Source: Takakia lepidozioides
Taxonomy: Eukaryota; Plantae; Bryophyta
Direction of reading: 5' to 3'
Length of the DNA stretch: 64,000 bases
Assembly (NCBI GenBank): GCA_030704615.1
Contig: CM060732.1
Coordinates: 62,620,001 to 62,684,000, forward strand
Shown: one piece after another, positions 1-12,269 of the stretch
How the letters are laid out: each line of letters opens with the position of its first letter
Position numbering within the stretch: position 1 is the stretch's first letter
Program-made: the position numbers and the translations under genes
Notes under the pieces: model-generated
What the model saw: only the letters and a program-made list of their open reading frames with translations
What the model was told of the DNA's origin: nothing
Databases searched by the model: none

Positions 1-1510
1 GTTGAAGAGAATTCCTGTTGCAATACCAGGGTCCGCAGTTTTTCTCATGCTAAAATAGAGAAATGTTAGAATGATGAAGTTTTATGTGGACGAATAAATG
101 CCCGATCACGGATATAAGTAGAAGTGTTGTGGAGATGCCCCATGCTGCTCTTAATGTTGGTGCACACCAGACGAGTCCGCTTTGTGTGTAGGACTCTGGT
201 GGTCGTGGAGGATTTATTCGTCTGATGAGATGATGGTGACGTCCATTACCTGAGCAACCTGTAAGCAATCAAGATTCGATGTTCTTTGAGCTCACGTGGG
301 GGAGACAAACAGAAAGCTAGTGACAAAAGTATGGTATAGGTCGCTATGTGCGAGAGGTTGCCCAGTTCCTAAAGTAGCAACATGTGGCGATTGTGCTCCA
401 GTACACACAGCCTCCTTCAAGCTCATTATGAAAACTTTTGTTGTCAATGTGAAATCTTCAGTGCTGAGGGTTACAACAAGTAAGCATTGGGACACTCAGT
501 AAGGAGAAGAAAATGAAGTGTATTTAGGCACAAACCAAGAAGAATAGATTAGTCACAAACAGTGTTATAGAATGTGGCCTGTCACTGGGGCTCCTTGAGC
601 TCATTCCTCTTTGTGAATCGAGACTTGAATCCATGCACTACAATCTTTGAAAGAGTTTGGCACAAATTCTTGACTCTGTGGGTTGCTCCTGTCGAGAGAG
701 GGCTGTATCCTAATGCCCATTGTGTTTCAAGGCTTTAGTAGCATGCACTCATGCTTAGCAAACACTTCGCGATCCATTCATGGACACACAACATTTCCAC
801 ACGAGAAGATCATGAGTGCACCCTCCGCATACACTACGCTTTCGGGAGCTGGGGTGTTCTCCGCATGTTCTTCTTTTCTGGGAAGATTTTCTCTTCAGTA
901 ATTGTTCTTCTTCTTGTGCTTCTCTGGGCAGCGTTTTCTTATGTGAGTGTTCCTCTGATACTTCCTGGAGTCACCGTTGTCTGTGAAGAGACACCTTCTA
1001 AGTAATCCGTTCCTGTTTATAGCTGATTGAGTTCACACCCGTTTTAATATTGAATGCTCGTCTCTGGTTCCTCTAAGTTAGAGGTTGCTGGTTTCTGGCC
1101 CTCAGAGTCGCCCTTGGGTCTGAAGAGACACTGCTTCTGAACAGAGGAGGGAATTGGAAACAGGAAGTCTCTGATTTTCTGCATATTTTCTTATTTCAAT
1201 GTCGTGTTATGAAAGCTTAGGACTTTCATTGTGCAAGTTGTAAAAGAGGAATCTACAAGCTGCAAGTGGTACTATTTGGCATTTGAAAGTTGGAAAGCGA
1301 ATTGAGTGTTCTCACCTAAAACGTTATTGAAGCTCCTTCTGTCCAAATGGAGGTGGAACACAAGGTATAATGCCTTAATAGCATACTAGTTCATCTAGTG
1401 GAAAGCCAGTGACTTGGTGAGATCATCAGTCATCTTGAACGAATTCTGAGGGAGAATCAGTTTGGCAGCAACAACTTGGAGGATGCTGAAGTACTTTTGC
1501 TGTGGGACTG

Positions 1511-2969
1511 CTACTGCTGCTTCTTCTTCCTTTCAAATGCCTCACTGATTTTGCTCCAGGAGCGTATGGTGATGTACAACGGGATCACCACCCATATATT
1601 GTTCATGAAGATATAATAGAACCAATAATACACAGGACTGGGTGCCGAATGCTCCTTGCCTTCGAGAATAACAGTGACAAAGTACATAATATCACCATAC
1701 AGTTGCCCGACTGATACTGCCAACTGGAGTGTGTAATGGTATGTTGTCTGTGCACCAATTGCATATCTGCCCAACCAACATGTACACGTCAGTGTTATAT
1801 TCTTTCTTCTTTTAGGCTAGCTCAACAAAATCACCTCAACCTGCGGTTGTTTCCCCTTCCCCTGTGCAATACTTGAGATCGGTGTCTAGGGCACTTCAAT
1901 TACAATGTACTCGTAAGATGTTGTTTGCCATAACTTCAATTAGAATGCAGAGGAAAGAGTGGTTTACATACACAGCAAGAAGACAGCCAGGGCCTGCCAG
2001 AACAGCAGTAATTCCTTCTACACACACAACTGTTGCATCACGGCCCACATAGCGGGAATCGGCCTTGCTGTATTCCTTCCCTGCCATCATTCCCCAACTC
2101 ATGTCAGTAGTGGAGCTAAGGAATGTCCAAAGGCAGTCAGTGTGGAATTTACTCTTGATGATGGATTGCCTTTGAAGTATGGGCTGGTGTAGAAATCATG
2201 TTCACAACATGCTGTAGATTCCAGCACTGCTGTGAACCTAATTCAGCCACGAAAGGGACATAGCTGTAATTGCACTACTACTAGTCAATGTGTTTAGAAA
2301 AGCACCAAGAGAATGTGCTCGTGACATTGTTTGCCGTAGCCTTAGGGGCCATAGACCTGGCTCACTCCAATAGTGCGACTACTGTTGGTTATATCACAAA
2401 AGCACAGAGAGAGAGAGAGAGGCTTACAAACTTCTGCCAAAAAATTAGGCTCAGTGAGCTTATAGAAGTCAGGAGTAAACACGAAGTAACCCTCAAGCAC
2501 AATGTGTGTGAGGCCTGAGAACGCAAACCAACACATCAAGTATCTCTCCAATGTACTCACTCTTGTGTACTTTCCTGCACCCACACCCGAGGGATACAAA
2601 AGCCTTCAGGATCTAGTACCTACTCTAAATATCATCTGCCACAGAATAAATACTTTAGCTGGGCTAGTACCAAAAAAAGATCCATCCATTGCTGCGCTGA
2701 TATTACCATTGATACGGTCAGGTCAAACCAGGTAACACAACCAAACGTACACATTTCTATATCTCAATTGGGGAGCCCCCCATTCAGTGAAGAGAAAAAG
2801 GGGTAGCGAGGAAACCTGAGATGAGCCACACAGCAATAATAACGAGGAGAGATGCGCCCCCGTAAACAGAGAGAATGAAGAGCTGCGACATAACCGCCGG
2901 GTAGAACCCTGGAAGCTCCATAGTCTGCGGATAGTAAGGATGCAAAGCCTCCATCTTGGTGGCCTCCAT
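1511..2969 (-). CDS. HYD1: 3-beta-hydroxysteroid delta8,delta7-isomerase (EBP family, HYDRA1-like), 4 exons, ~221 aa
   Basis: Exons 2969-2816, 2574-2428, 2080-1972 and 1766-1511 are joined by GT-AG introns with compatible phases (666 nt, 222 codons including stop). EBP motifs: HPYYP, W..SGLTHIVLEGYF, WKEYSKADSRY, VEGITAVLAGP, QLYGDIMYF, YYWFYYIFMNNIWVVIP, and a C-terminal KKK ER-retrieval-like tail. Confidence 0.93.
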
Positions 2970-3161
2970 GTTCGAGAGTGAGAGCGGGAATAACTGAGGA
3001 AGATGTCTCCGCCTGCCGTCCTCGCAGGCAGGAATGAGATTTGAAGAAGAGATCGCCCTTCAAGACCCCTTTTTTCTTCATCCGTTGGAGTGGCCGCTCT
3101 ACACCATCTTTACCCAATTTTTATAAGTATCTACCAGAGCAGTGGGCCCGCCTCGGCACTA

Positions 3162-4351
3162 CCGTACTTACCTAGCTTATTAGGCAATAATTAATTCAAA
3201 ATCAAGTGCCTAATTAAATTCAGAATGTTTTTGAAAAATGTGCCTAAAGCTTGGAAAATGCTCCTGAGAAGTGCCTAATTGCTTGAAAACTGTGAAAAAT
3301 ACCAAAATGTCCAAATATGTGGAAAAAATGCCTACAATTTAAAAAGCTTCTCATTTAACAATAATAGGGTCATGAATGTCCGCGCCGGGGCCGCATGTGG
3401 TGGAGGAGGTTGCGAAGGGTAGGAGCGCCCCTACCCGGACCCGGCCAGTCTGTCAGCCACAATATGCACATAAAGCATTAGTTATTGCAAGGATTTGCAG
3501 AAACTGGTGGGTAGTGTGGTGGTTAAGAACAATGTACTATAAACACAAGGTGCTATGTGCAAATCGTGTCAGGTTGTATTGCGGCAGTAATATGTGTTAT
3601 TAAATATATATTTTGTCGAAGGTTTTGCTGGTCTACTGGAGGGTACAAGCCGGTCTGCTGGAGGGGGGTTTGCCCGGTCTATTGGAGGGGTGCCGGTATG
3701 CTGGAGGGTCTGCCTGCCTGTATGCTAGAAGGTTGGAGTCGGTCTGTTGGAGGGTTTGCCCAATCCGCTAGAAAGTCCGCCACGATAGATGAATAAGGAC
3801 TTAGAAAAATTTCAGAATCTGGCCAACCCGGTGAATAGGCGGCGGTCGCCGTCCTGGCGGGGCCCGCCTGTGCATTATGACCCTATTATTAAAAAATGAG
3901 AGGCATTTAAAAATGCTACAATTACCTCAACAATAGTTCTTGAGGGAGGTAAAAAACAAGTGTTCATTATGTTATTTTGTTATGGACGTGGTGCCTTTCG
4001 ATAAGAACAATAGATCCTTGATAAGAGTGGATGAATGTTTTCTCAAACGCATAAGATCTAGCAACTATGGAGGTGTGCTAACAAAGAGGAGAGCCATATT
4101 TTCATAACACATATCAAATAACGCTCTAGTCATGCCATTTTCAAGTGTAAATTTTTACAGACCAAAGATTTTATAACATTAAGGGTGACATAACAAAAAT
4201 AACCTTTATCCAGGGTCGACTGTAATACATTCCTAATGGTTGGAATTTACCTAGGTGAGGTGCCTAAATAATAAAAACGAATCTGCCTAATAATATTCCA
4301 TTTTTATTAATTATTAGGCACGGAAGTGCCTAAAAAGCTAGGTAAGTACGG
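3162..4351. mobile_element. Non-autonomous Tc1/mariner-type MITE upstream of the EBP gene
   Basis: 17-bp perfect TIRs CCGTACTTACCTAGCTT (3162) and AAGCTAGGTAAGTACGG (ends 4351). TA dinucleotide on both flanks (3160-61, 4352-53). Repeated subterminal GTGCCTAA/TTAGGCA motifs. Confidence 0.8.
3367..3883. mobile_element. Small TIR element nested in the MITE
   Basis: Termini GGGTCAT(G)AATG and CATTATGACCC, TA on both sides, GC-richer interior with short GCCGGTCTGCTGGAGGG repeats (3630-3770). Confidence 0.6.
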
Positions 4352-5270
4352 TATGTCCCAGACACTGGAGGGATAACTTATTGCGAGGATGCCCGCTCAC
4401 AAACTGCCCGCCTTGCCACGTCCTCCGCGCCAGCACAAGCCCGGGCCTCCTCCCCGCTCCTCAGCGCCAAGCGGGCACATGGCATGGCTTTGTGTGGGAC
4501 CCACTTCCCCTCCGGCCCTACTTTCCCACGCCTTGCCACGTGAAGGGGCTCCCTATCTGCCACCCTTTGCGGGATCCGCTCTCCTATAGGCTAAACAGGC
4601 CTATGAACGTTCATCTAACTATGGTGGAAGATCTCTGCAGATTGCTTGATGCAGCAAGCATTTAATTTTTCCTTGAGATATGCTTTGAGCAGACACATAT
4701 ATATTATGTGATAAAAAGGACGACGGTGAATTTTTGTCGTTACTCCGGATAAAATTGATAAGATGCCTCACATCCGGGCATCTCAACACACTTGGAAGTG
4801 CGTGATTTCATGAAGACGACACAAAGTTATGGGGTTTCAAAGTTGAACCAATCTAAATGCTTGTGTGAACCTTGAGCTCTATGACCAATCACATTTTTTG
4901 GGGGATTTTATCAAACAACTGTTTGCCAAGTGGCAAAAATGAGCGGTCTTGGGCTGAGGCTTATGCGATGTGACCCAAGCAATTATGAGGTGATCGGTCA
5001 TAGGACCTATAACGGTCATAGGGTGATCTACCCTACCCTCTCCCAAAAGAGTATGGCTAAAACAGATTGAGCCATACTCAAAGGCTGTATAATAGTACAT
5101 GACACAAAGTAGTTATGACAGTGTACAACTGCTGCTGAGTACTAGTGTTCGATGGATGCAACCGTGTTGTTGACTACTCCTGATGTTTGACATGATTCAA
5201 GGCAAGTGGGGTCCAGTAGCGCAGGGTGTACAAAATCGGTGGAATCGTGATAGGGTATAGGAAATGAGCG

Positions 5271-6180
5271 ATGATGAAAGTTATGGCCAAGGAGAGGGCA
5301 AAAGAAAAACGCAAGATCAGTGAGAAATATGTCGAAGCCAGTGTTACCATCGGCGTTGGTGCAACAGACATATACGTCACATGTTTACAGAAGATAGAAA
5401 ATTTCATCGACCGTCCATGCATCTCTGGATTATGTGCGTTGGAGAGGGGTGACACTTTATTTTATCTTCATTTACGAATAATTTGTACATTGTATGTCTC
5501 CAGCTTGTTGATGTTATACAGGCTCATCCAAAAAGAACTTGGATGGGATTATCCCAAAGTTGCACTTCCGGGACATGTAGTTCATTGTAAAGCCCTTCGA
5601 GGAAAATGTTTGCATATTTTTATTGGTATGGTTGGTTAGTGTTTGAAGAACGTCGACAAACCTTGTTTCAAATTTGTGCACCTCAATGTCAGTTCCGAAC
5701 AAATGCACAATGGACTTGATGAATATATCAAGTACGACACTTCATCAATAAAAAACCGAGTGTGTCTCACACATCAAAATTTATTGGAGCGTGCACAAAT
5801 GTGGTCAAAACACAAAATGGGAAGCCAACTTGGTACCGCCCTGCCAAGTGTTCTTTTCAACATGTTAAATTGATTTGGTCAGTTTTATCCTACATCATTT
5901 TGGATTGTTCCATTTATAAATAGCAGCATAGATTTTAACAGAGCTCAATCAATCCGGGAGGCCATGATCGAACCGCATATGTTAGAAATGATAGAGGTAG
6001 TACGGATTTTCTTTGAACGTGGTAGAGGTGGTACCCGTTTGTGGGAATTGTACTCTATTGAACTTGCAGACAAGGCTACTGTTGAATTGGGGTTGTCCGA
6101 TTCTATAGATCCAGTAAATAGTCTTCCTACTCCGTGCAACAGGTTTTGTATATCCTTGTATATCTTAGAACCCGTCACAA
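5271..6180 (+). pseudogene. Degenerate Replitron-type HUH endonuclease (rolling-circle transposase)
   Basis: Motif order: ASVTIGVGATDI, ALERGDTLFYLHLR (HUH-like), LHIFIGMVG*CLKN (catalytic Y-x-x-K with Tyr codon turned to TAG), NRVCLTHQNLLERAQMW, GQFYPTSFW. No helicase follows. Contains a stop and a frameshift. Confidence 0.75.
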
Positions 6181-6902
6181 TGATATGCTGTTTAGATCTG
6201 TATATATGCTTTATTTGGTCTTTTTATATTTTTGTAATTTCAAATGTTTATATTTGTAAATAAAAGTCTGAACCATGAAGTATCAAATCCAAATGACAAT
6301 AAGACAACTGACATAAGTATAGAAGATGCACTATTCTCATATACCATCTTAGAAGTGTATGGAAGTGTTTATTCTGTTTTTATTTGGGGCATTGTGTTTT
6401 TAATATATAAGTATTAATGATGTTTGGGTTTAAGAGTATGGTGTCATATATTATTTACAAAAATAACAATAAAATATATAAAAATTAAAATATGGATGGA
6501 TTGCATTACATTCTTCCATTTTGAAATATCATTCATACAGTTTATTGGGATGAACTTGATATAATATATGTACCCTAACCCTAAGATAACCTTCATTTGT
6601 CTTTGTGTGTTCTTCTGATCTTAATGCATTTGAACATCGGTTCACAATTTGCTCTAACATATTTGTCAAATATTATCATCTCAAAGTTACATTATCACTT
6701 AACATACTTAGACTAACAAGTTGTTTACATCATAGAGTCCTACTTAAGATACGCGTAGATGAATGTGGGATTCAGGGGTATAAGGTTTAAGATCTGAATA
6801 TAGAGGATATAGGATATATGATGAATGGGAATGTAAAGCAAGCTTGGAAGAGATTTTTGTAGCCTGGTTATCAGCATCACGTCGGTCACGTTAGACCTAA
6901 GT

Positions 6903-7086
6903 TGTCGTGCGCATACATATCGCTACACAACTACATCGCTATCCAAAACCACACAACACATGTGCACACCAAACACTAGTCTATCACTAGTCCACCACTA
7001 GCCACCACTAGTCCATCACTAGGCTGCCACTAGCCACCACTAGTGCAGCCACTAGTCCATCACAAGGCTGCCACTAGTCCATCACA
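6903..7086 (-). repeat. Short 3' LTR (~184 bp) with internal CCACTAGTCC/CCACTAGCC repeats
   Basis: TG...CA boundaries directly next to the PPT. The left end (TGTCGTGC) and the PPT junction (CACA|ATCGCCCCC) match the related LTR copy at 38495-38579. Confidence 0.75.
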
Positions 7087-7346
7087 ATCGCCCCCCAAGC
7101 TGGCGCTTAGGTCCCTCTAAGTCCAGGTAGCCACAAGATGTAATAGTGGTCATAGCCTCACTAAGTCCTCCACCGTTGTCCCTACTACACTCAAGCTCGA
7201 CAGATCAAGAGGTCGGGTACAAGAGTTGCCCCATCGTTAGTCACCGTCTTGCAACCTGTGAACTTGAGCCTGAGATCTCGGGTATTGGCTCCTATGAGTT
7301 TGGCCTCCCATGTCCTATTAACTGCCACTAGTCATATCCACTGCCA

Positions 7347-7495
7347 CTATCCCAAGCAGTGTGGATATAACCAATCTCCATCAGGAATCCTCTCAAGAGG
7401 TGGTGTCAAACATCCCAGGTGTCAACCTCTTGAGCATCGATCACACACCAGCATAGTGGCGGCACCACGAGCATGCCCACATAGCATGCAACGCA
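7347..7495 (-). pseudogene. PHD finger (C4HC3) at the C-terminus of pol
   Basis: CMLCGHARGAATMLVCDRCSRG*HLGCLTPPLERIPDGDWLYPHC: canonical PHD spacing, with one TGG>TGA stop and one Cys>Tyr change. Confidence 0.9.
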
Positions 7496-7499
7496 ACCC

Positions 7500-8580
7500 T
7501 GCAGGTACCACTGCAAGGTTGGGATCTATCATCCCATCCATATGTGGAAGGTGACATGGCGCACAATTGCGCACATGGTCTTTCCATACCATGTCATCTC
7601 GACCCTCCAGAATCAACACTCCTGAAGGCAACACCTCCCTGATCCTTAGAATCACACGTCTTGTTGTGACATCTAAGGCGCTGTCTGCTGCAGATACACA
7701 TAGTCCTCAGGGTGGAAACGCCAAACACCTGGCCGATATCCTCCACGTATAGTGGCATACCTCAATGTGTCTCGGTGTTGGGCAATAACAAGATTCTCAA
7801 AAGCCATAGGCTTGACTTTCTTGAGCAACTCTGCCCGTTGGGCACATGCTTGTGTCCACACATCTGGATCATCAAGGTTGAGGACTACTGTAGCCTCCCT
7901 GCGAATAGATGCAGACAAATCCGGCTCTCGGCCAAAGAGAAGGAAATCCTTTTGCAAGCCATACTTGCGCAAACCCCTCTTCACCGTCTGCATCACTCTA
8001 TCTGCCAAGCCATCGACATTAGGATGATCCCGAAAAGTGGTATGGTGATCTATCAAGGCTTTATCACACAAAGCCTGAAACTCCCCCAAGAACTCTCTCC
8101 CTTGGTCCGTGAGTACCTCAGCTGGAGCACTGAATCGGTTAAGCACACGATCCAGGAATGCATACGCAACCCCCTCACTAGCCTTGTCAGGCAATGGAAC
8201 CAACTCAATCCACTTGGAGAACTGCTCCACCATCACCAACACACATCTGTGGTGGCGCATCGTCAGTGGCAACGGCCCTGTGAAGTCAAGACTCCACCTG
8301 TAGCACAATCCCATGATGGGTAAATGATGCAACTGTGGTGTAGGGGCGTTGAATGAAGCACGCACCCTGTCACACACCATGCACCTAGCCACAAACTGTT
8401 GCATCTCTGTGTGCATACCACGCTACCAATACTGCCCCTGCAGTAAACTATGAGTGCATTGCACTCCAAAATGCCCCAACTCCTCATGGGCATGCTGCAC
8501 TAACCGTACACGCTGTGTTGGGCGAGGCACGATCCTCACCCGACCATCCTCCCCACACTCAAAGCAGGTGTATCCCTTCT
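7500..8580 (-). pseudogene. Integrase (HHCC zinc finger + rve core + GPY/F-like region)
   Basis: HEELGHFG...CMVC; WSLDFTGPLP; VLTDQGREF; DGLADRV (catalytic E>D); FLLFGREP. Internal deletion after KYGLQK. Confidence 0.93.
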
Positions 8581-8610
8581 CACTTGAACCTCTTGGCTCG
8601 TTGTAGGATC

Positions 8611-9055
8611 CGATCCCTCTCCTTGGCAGTCACACTAGCTGTCGTGTCTCTAGTGCGAAGGTAGTCCAACACAACCGAATCCTCATGTATATCTCTGGTA
8701 CCACCTGGCTCATCACTAGCCTCAGGGTCCTCAAACACTCCGTCTACAGTCATTCCTATTGTAGGTCCAACCTGACCTCTCGATGCCAAGATACACAAAA
8801 AAGCAGATGCATGTCATCCCGACACCATCTCCTCGATCCCTCTCCTTGGCAGTCACACTAGTTGCTGTGTCTCCAGTGCGGAGGTAGTCCAACACAACCG
8901 AATCCTCATGTATATCTCTGGCACCACCTGGTTCATCACTAGCCTTAGGGTCCTCAGACACTCTGTCTACAGTCATCTATGTTGTAGGTCCAACCTGACC
9001 TCCGATGCCAAGATACACAAAAAGGTAGATGCATGTCATCCCGGCACCATCTCCT
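8611..9055. repeat. Tandem duplication (period 223 bp) in the RNaseH-integrase linker
   Basis: CGATCCCTCTCCTTGGCAGTCACACTAG...CACCATCTCCT occurs at 8611-8833 and 8834-9055, both translating DIHEDSVVLDYLRT. Confidence 0.9.
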
Positions 9056-10400
9056 CATCCGTCTCACCATACCACCGAGCTTCAGTGTCAACCTGCTGGC
9101 TCGTACATGGATTGCGACTCAATCCATCCGCATCCCGATTGACCAAACCTGGTCGATGCACAACCTGGAAACCATACTCTTGGAGTATAAGTGCCCACCG
9201 TGTAAGCTTCCCCGTAAGCTTGTCTGACTCCATCAACCACTTGAGTGGCTGGTGATCCGTGACAAGGGTAAAGAGATTGTCATATAGATAGCACCTGAAG
9301 TGTGCCACGGCCCACACTACAGCTAAGCACTCCCCCTCATATGAACTATACTTAGACTCTGCAGCATTGTTCGAGCGGCTAGCATAAGCCACTACGAACT
9401 CTCTTCCCTCATCATCCACCTATGTGAGCACCGCTCCAAGCCCCAACATGCTCCAATCTGTATGCAGCTGAAAGGGACGCCCCCTGATAGGTCGTCTCAG
9501 GATAGGCGCCGAGGTCAACCTCGCCTTGAGTTCTTGAAAAGCTCGTTCTTGCTCATCTTCCCACTGCCACTCCTGGTCTACCTTGGTCAGCTTGGTTAGA
9601 GCCTTTGCAATAGCACTAAATCCCTTGACAAACCGTCTATAGTAGTTTGCCAACCCCATGAAAGCTCGAACTCGGCTCACATCCGTGGGGCGTGGAATCT
9701 GTGCGATGGCCTCTACCTTAGTCTGCTGCAACCCCAATCCTCCAGGATATATCATGTGGCCCAGATACTCAATCTAGTTGTGGAAGAACTTGCACTTTCC
9801 TGGATGTAATTTCAATTCGTGCGCTCTCAAGCGCTCAAACACCACCTGAAGGTGTCTCTCATGCTTCTCCACCGTAGCACTAAAGATGATGATGTCATTT
9901 ATGTAGCACCGAGCAAAGTCCATCCCTGCTAGAATCCTGTCCATGACTCTCTGGAACTCTGCAGGAGCGTTCTTAGCCCGAATGGTAGGAACCGCCACTG
10001 ATATAGGCAATCCTTCCCGTGATCCCCCAGAATGTCGTCCTCTGCTTGTTTGCCTCCTTGATCGGCAACTGGTGATATCCGAACCGCAAGTCCAGAGTAC
10101 TAAAGACCTTGGCATGCCCAATGGCATCAAAGATCTCCTCCGGTGTGGGCATGGCATACTTATCGGACTTGGTCTGACGATTTACAGGCCAGTAATCACC
10201 GCACATACATCTCTCCGTCCAATTGCCATAGACATCCTTATTGGCTGGCATCACCGTGGCTGAAGCATACTCTCCACTAGAAAGCTCCACCAAACCAGCC
10301 TCCCAGAGATCTTGAGTCCTCATCTGAATCAAAGACCTCTCCATGTCACTGTATCTATAGGGTCTCCGAAAGATTGGCGTGTCCGTGGCCAACTGAATAC
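9036..10400 (-). pseudogene. Reverse transcriptase and RNase H
   Basis: RRPYRYS, CGDYWPVN, FSTLDLRFGYHQ, KNAPAEFQR, CYINDII (YxDD>YxND), KLHPGKC, FMGLANYYRRFV, LHTDWS, YSSYEGECLAVVWAV, LVTDHQPLKWL, DADGLSR. Confidence 0.95.
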
Positions 10401-10869
10401 GAATCTCCTAACCCTTTAGTGCTCCCAAATCCTTCAAACTGAAAACAAAGCAATTCTTGTAAGCCCTTTGGAACCACCGTATACATCATCTCTCTCCTCC
10501 AGTGACAATGGGTCCAATGTCAGGCTCCCAATTGTCCTCCGTAACTACAATCTTAAGTCCAGCAGACTTAGAGGTAGAGGACACGTCCCGTGGTTGCTAT
10601 GCCGCAACCTCTTGAGCAGTACTCCCTGCCTGCTCAGTTAATGACAATGCCTCATTCTGCCCTATCATCGCATCCTTGAGGACCTCCTCAACCCGAGATG
10701 AATCCCCAACCTCATCCATCACAGCCGCCTTGGCTGCAAACTCCCTTTGAACCTCGAGCACCTTCCACGTGTCCCATGGATGTCTACACCCCGTGGTCCT
10801 CACCGGCTCGCCCTCACTCACTGCCTGTACCGTCTCGGTAGGCAGAGAGACCGTCAAGGGAAGTGCACT

Positions 10870-11870
10870 CCGCATTCTACGTTGCTCAGCCATAGCCAAG
10901 CCGATAATCCATGTTAAGCAATTGAGATCCATCGCTTGCCTCAATACCTGACGACGTGATGCCTCAGAAAGAGAAGGCACCACCGTGGTCCCCGTGGAAA
11001 AACCCATAGTCCGCTCTCGCTCGTCGGCATCAGACTCCACTAACTGCTGCAACTAAGCATCCGACAGGAGGCCAGGTCCACTATCCCGGAAAGCATGTGA
11101 TCCTGGGAAGTTGAGCAGTGTAGATAGTGTTGCTCGTGGTTGACCCACCTTGTTGACCACTGCCAAAGGCGAACGGTCATCGTGTCTCACACGCTGAGAC
11201 TTCCTCCCTATGTCCAAAATGCTATCCACTGTGAGGTGTGCTGGCCGCTTCATCCCATCAAATGCACGCTTGAGCAGTGCGGGGGGCATCAACTTAGTCC
11301 ATCATAGCCGTGGACGATGAGCCCGTGACCCCACTGTAGCTACATCCAGCAACACTGCTGACCCAAGCCATGACGAACTTGATGCACACTGGCCATCACC
11401 CTGGCCCAAGAATCGCCCATTAGTGGCACATTCTCCAAGATGTATGCTGGAGATACAGCTTGATGAAGCTGTAAGTGAGGCAAAACCCGCACCATCTCCC
11501 AAAACAGACCCGACCTTGAGTCTCGCAATCCATTGCCATGCCCTGCTGATGAATGTCCTTGGCAGGGCCAACCTGCCACTACCAGATCAATGGAGCCAAC
11601 CCGCTCCAAATCCTGCACCCCCAGCAAAGAAATGTTTGCTAGCAAGGCCTACTGATATCCACGAACCGCAGACACCGGCAACAACTCAGGGTACTGCTGC
11701 ACCAACTGAGCAACATGATGGAGTGAGACGCGTCGTGCAGTCTCATCCCTCTCCACATACAAGTAACGCCGTACCCGTACACCTGCTTGTAGCACAGCAG
11801 CCAATCCGGTGCTGATCCCGCCAAACAAGTCCAGAAGGCAAATGCCTTCATCTGGATATTGCCACACAAT
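10870..11870 (-). pseudogene. C5-cytosine DNA methyltransferase domain inside retrotransposon pol
   Basis: Motifs in canonical order: I LLDLFGGISTG; II YVERD; IV DLVVAGWPCQG (catalytic Cys ~11563); V SGLFWE; VI YILENV; VIII AHRPRL*WT; IX ERERTMGF; X LRQAMD. Three in-frame stops and one frameshift. Confidence 0.92.
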
Positions 11871-12269
11871 CAGTGTGGTATCCAATGGTGACAACTAAGG
11901 TGGACCTGGTGCAATCCCCGCACTCTCCTCCTCTCCTGACGGTACAAACGCCTCTTCTCAGGCTTGTTGCACCCGTCGATCAGCAACTTGCTTCAAATCG
12001 TTGCTCGAGCCCCACAATGGAGTGTGAGCAACCATGGCAGGCAACTCCGCCATACCATGCATGTCATCCTGCTCTCCTGGAGGTGACACATCCTCTGAAT
12101 GGGTGTTGTCATCCAACAACTCTCCAGGCCAAGTCACTGCAGCTATGAATGCTGCCAGTGTCGGCGTCTTGCCTCGTTGGGCAACCGCAACTCCTCCTAT
12201 GAACGTCACAGGGAACTGCACACACCGACCCTCCCCTGACTGCCATCTAGGCCTATAGGAAGCTGGCTC

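Noticed and set aside
1-1330. LTR-retrotransposon end downstream of the EBP gene
   Set aside because: Composition is LTR-like, but no coding motif, paired repeat or boundary could be verified.
5271-6180. Helitron Rep-helicase
   Set aside because: No PIF1 helicase or Helitron Y2 motif is present. The motif spacing fits Replitron HUH.
7712-8323. 203-aa plus-strand ORF, and similar antisense ORFs (e.g. 24540-25094, 57015-57413)
   Set aside because: These are shadow frames opposite recognisable TE coding sequence, with no motifs.
10870-11870. Bacterial restriction-modification methylase, contamination, or host DNMT gene
   Set aside because: It is collinear within Gypsy pol, has no introns or neighbouring restriction gene, and shares the decay pattern of the retroelement.
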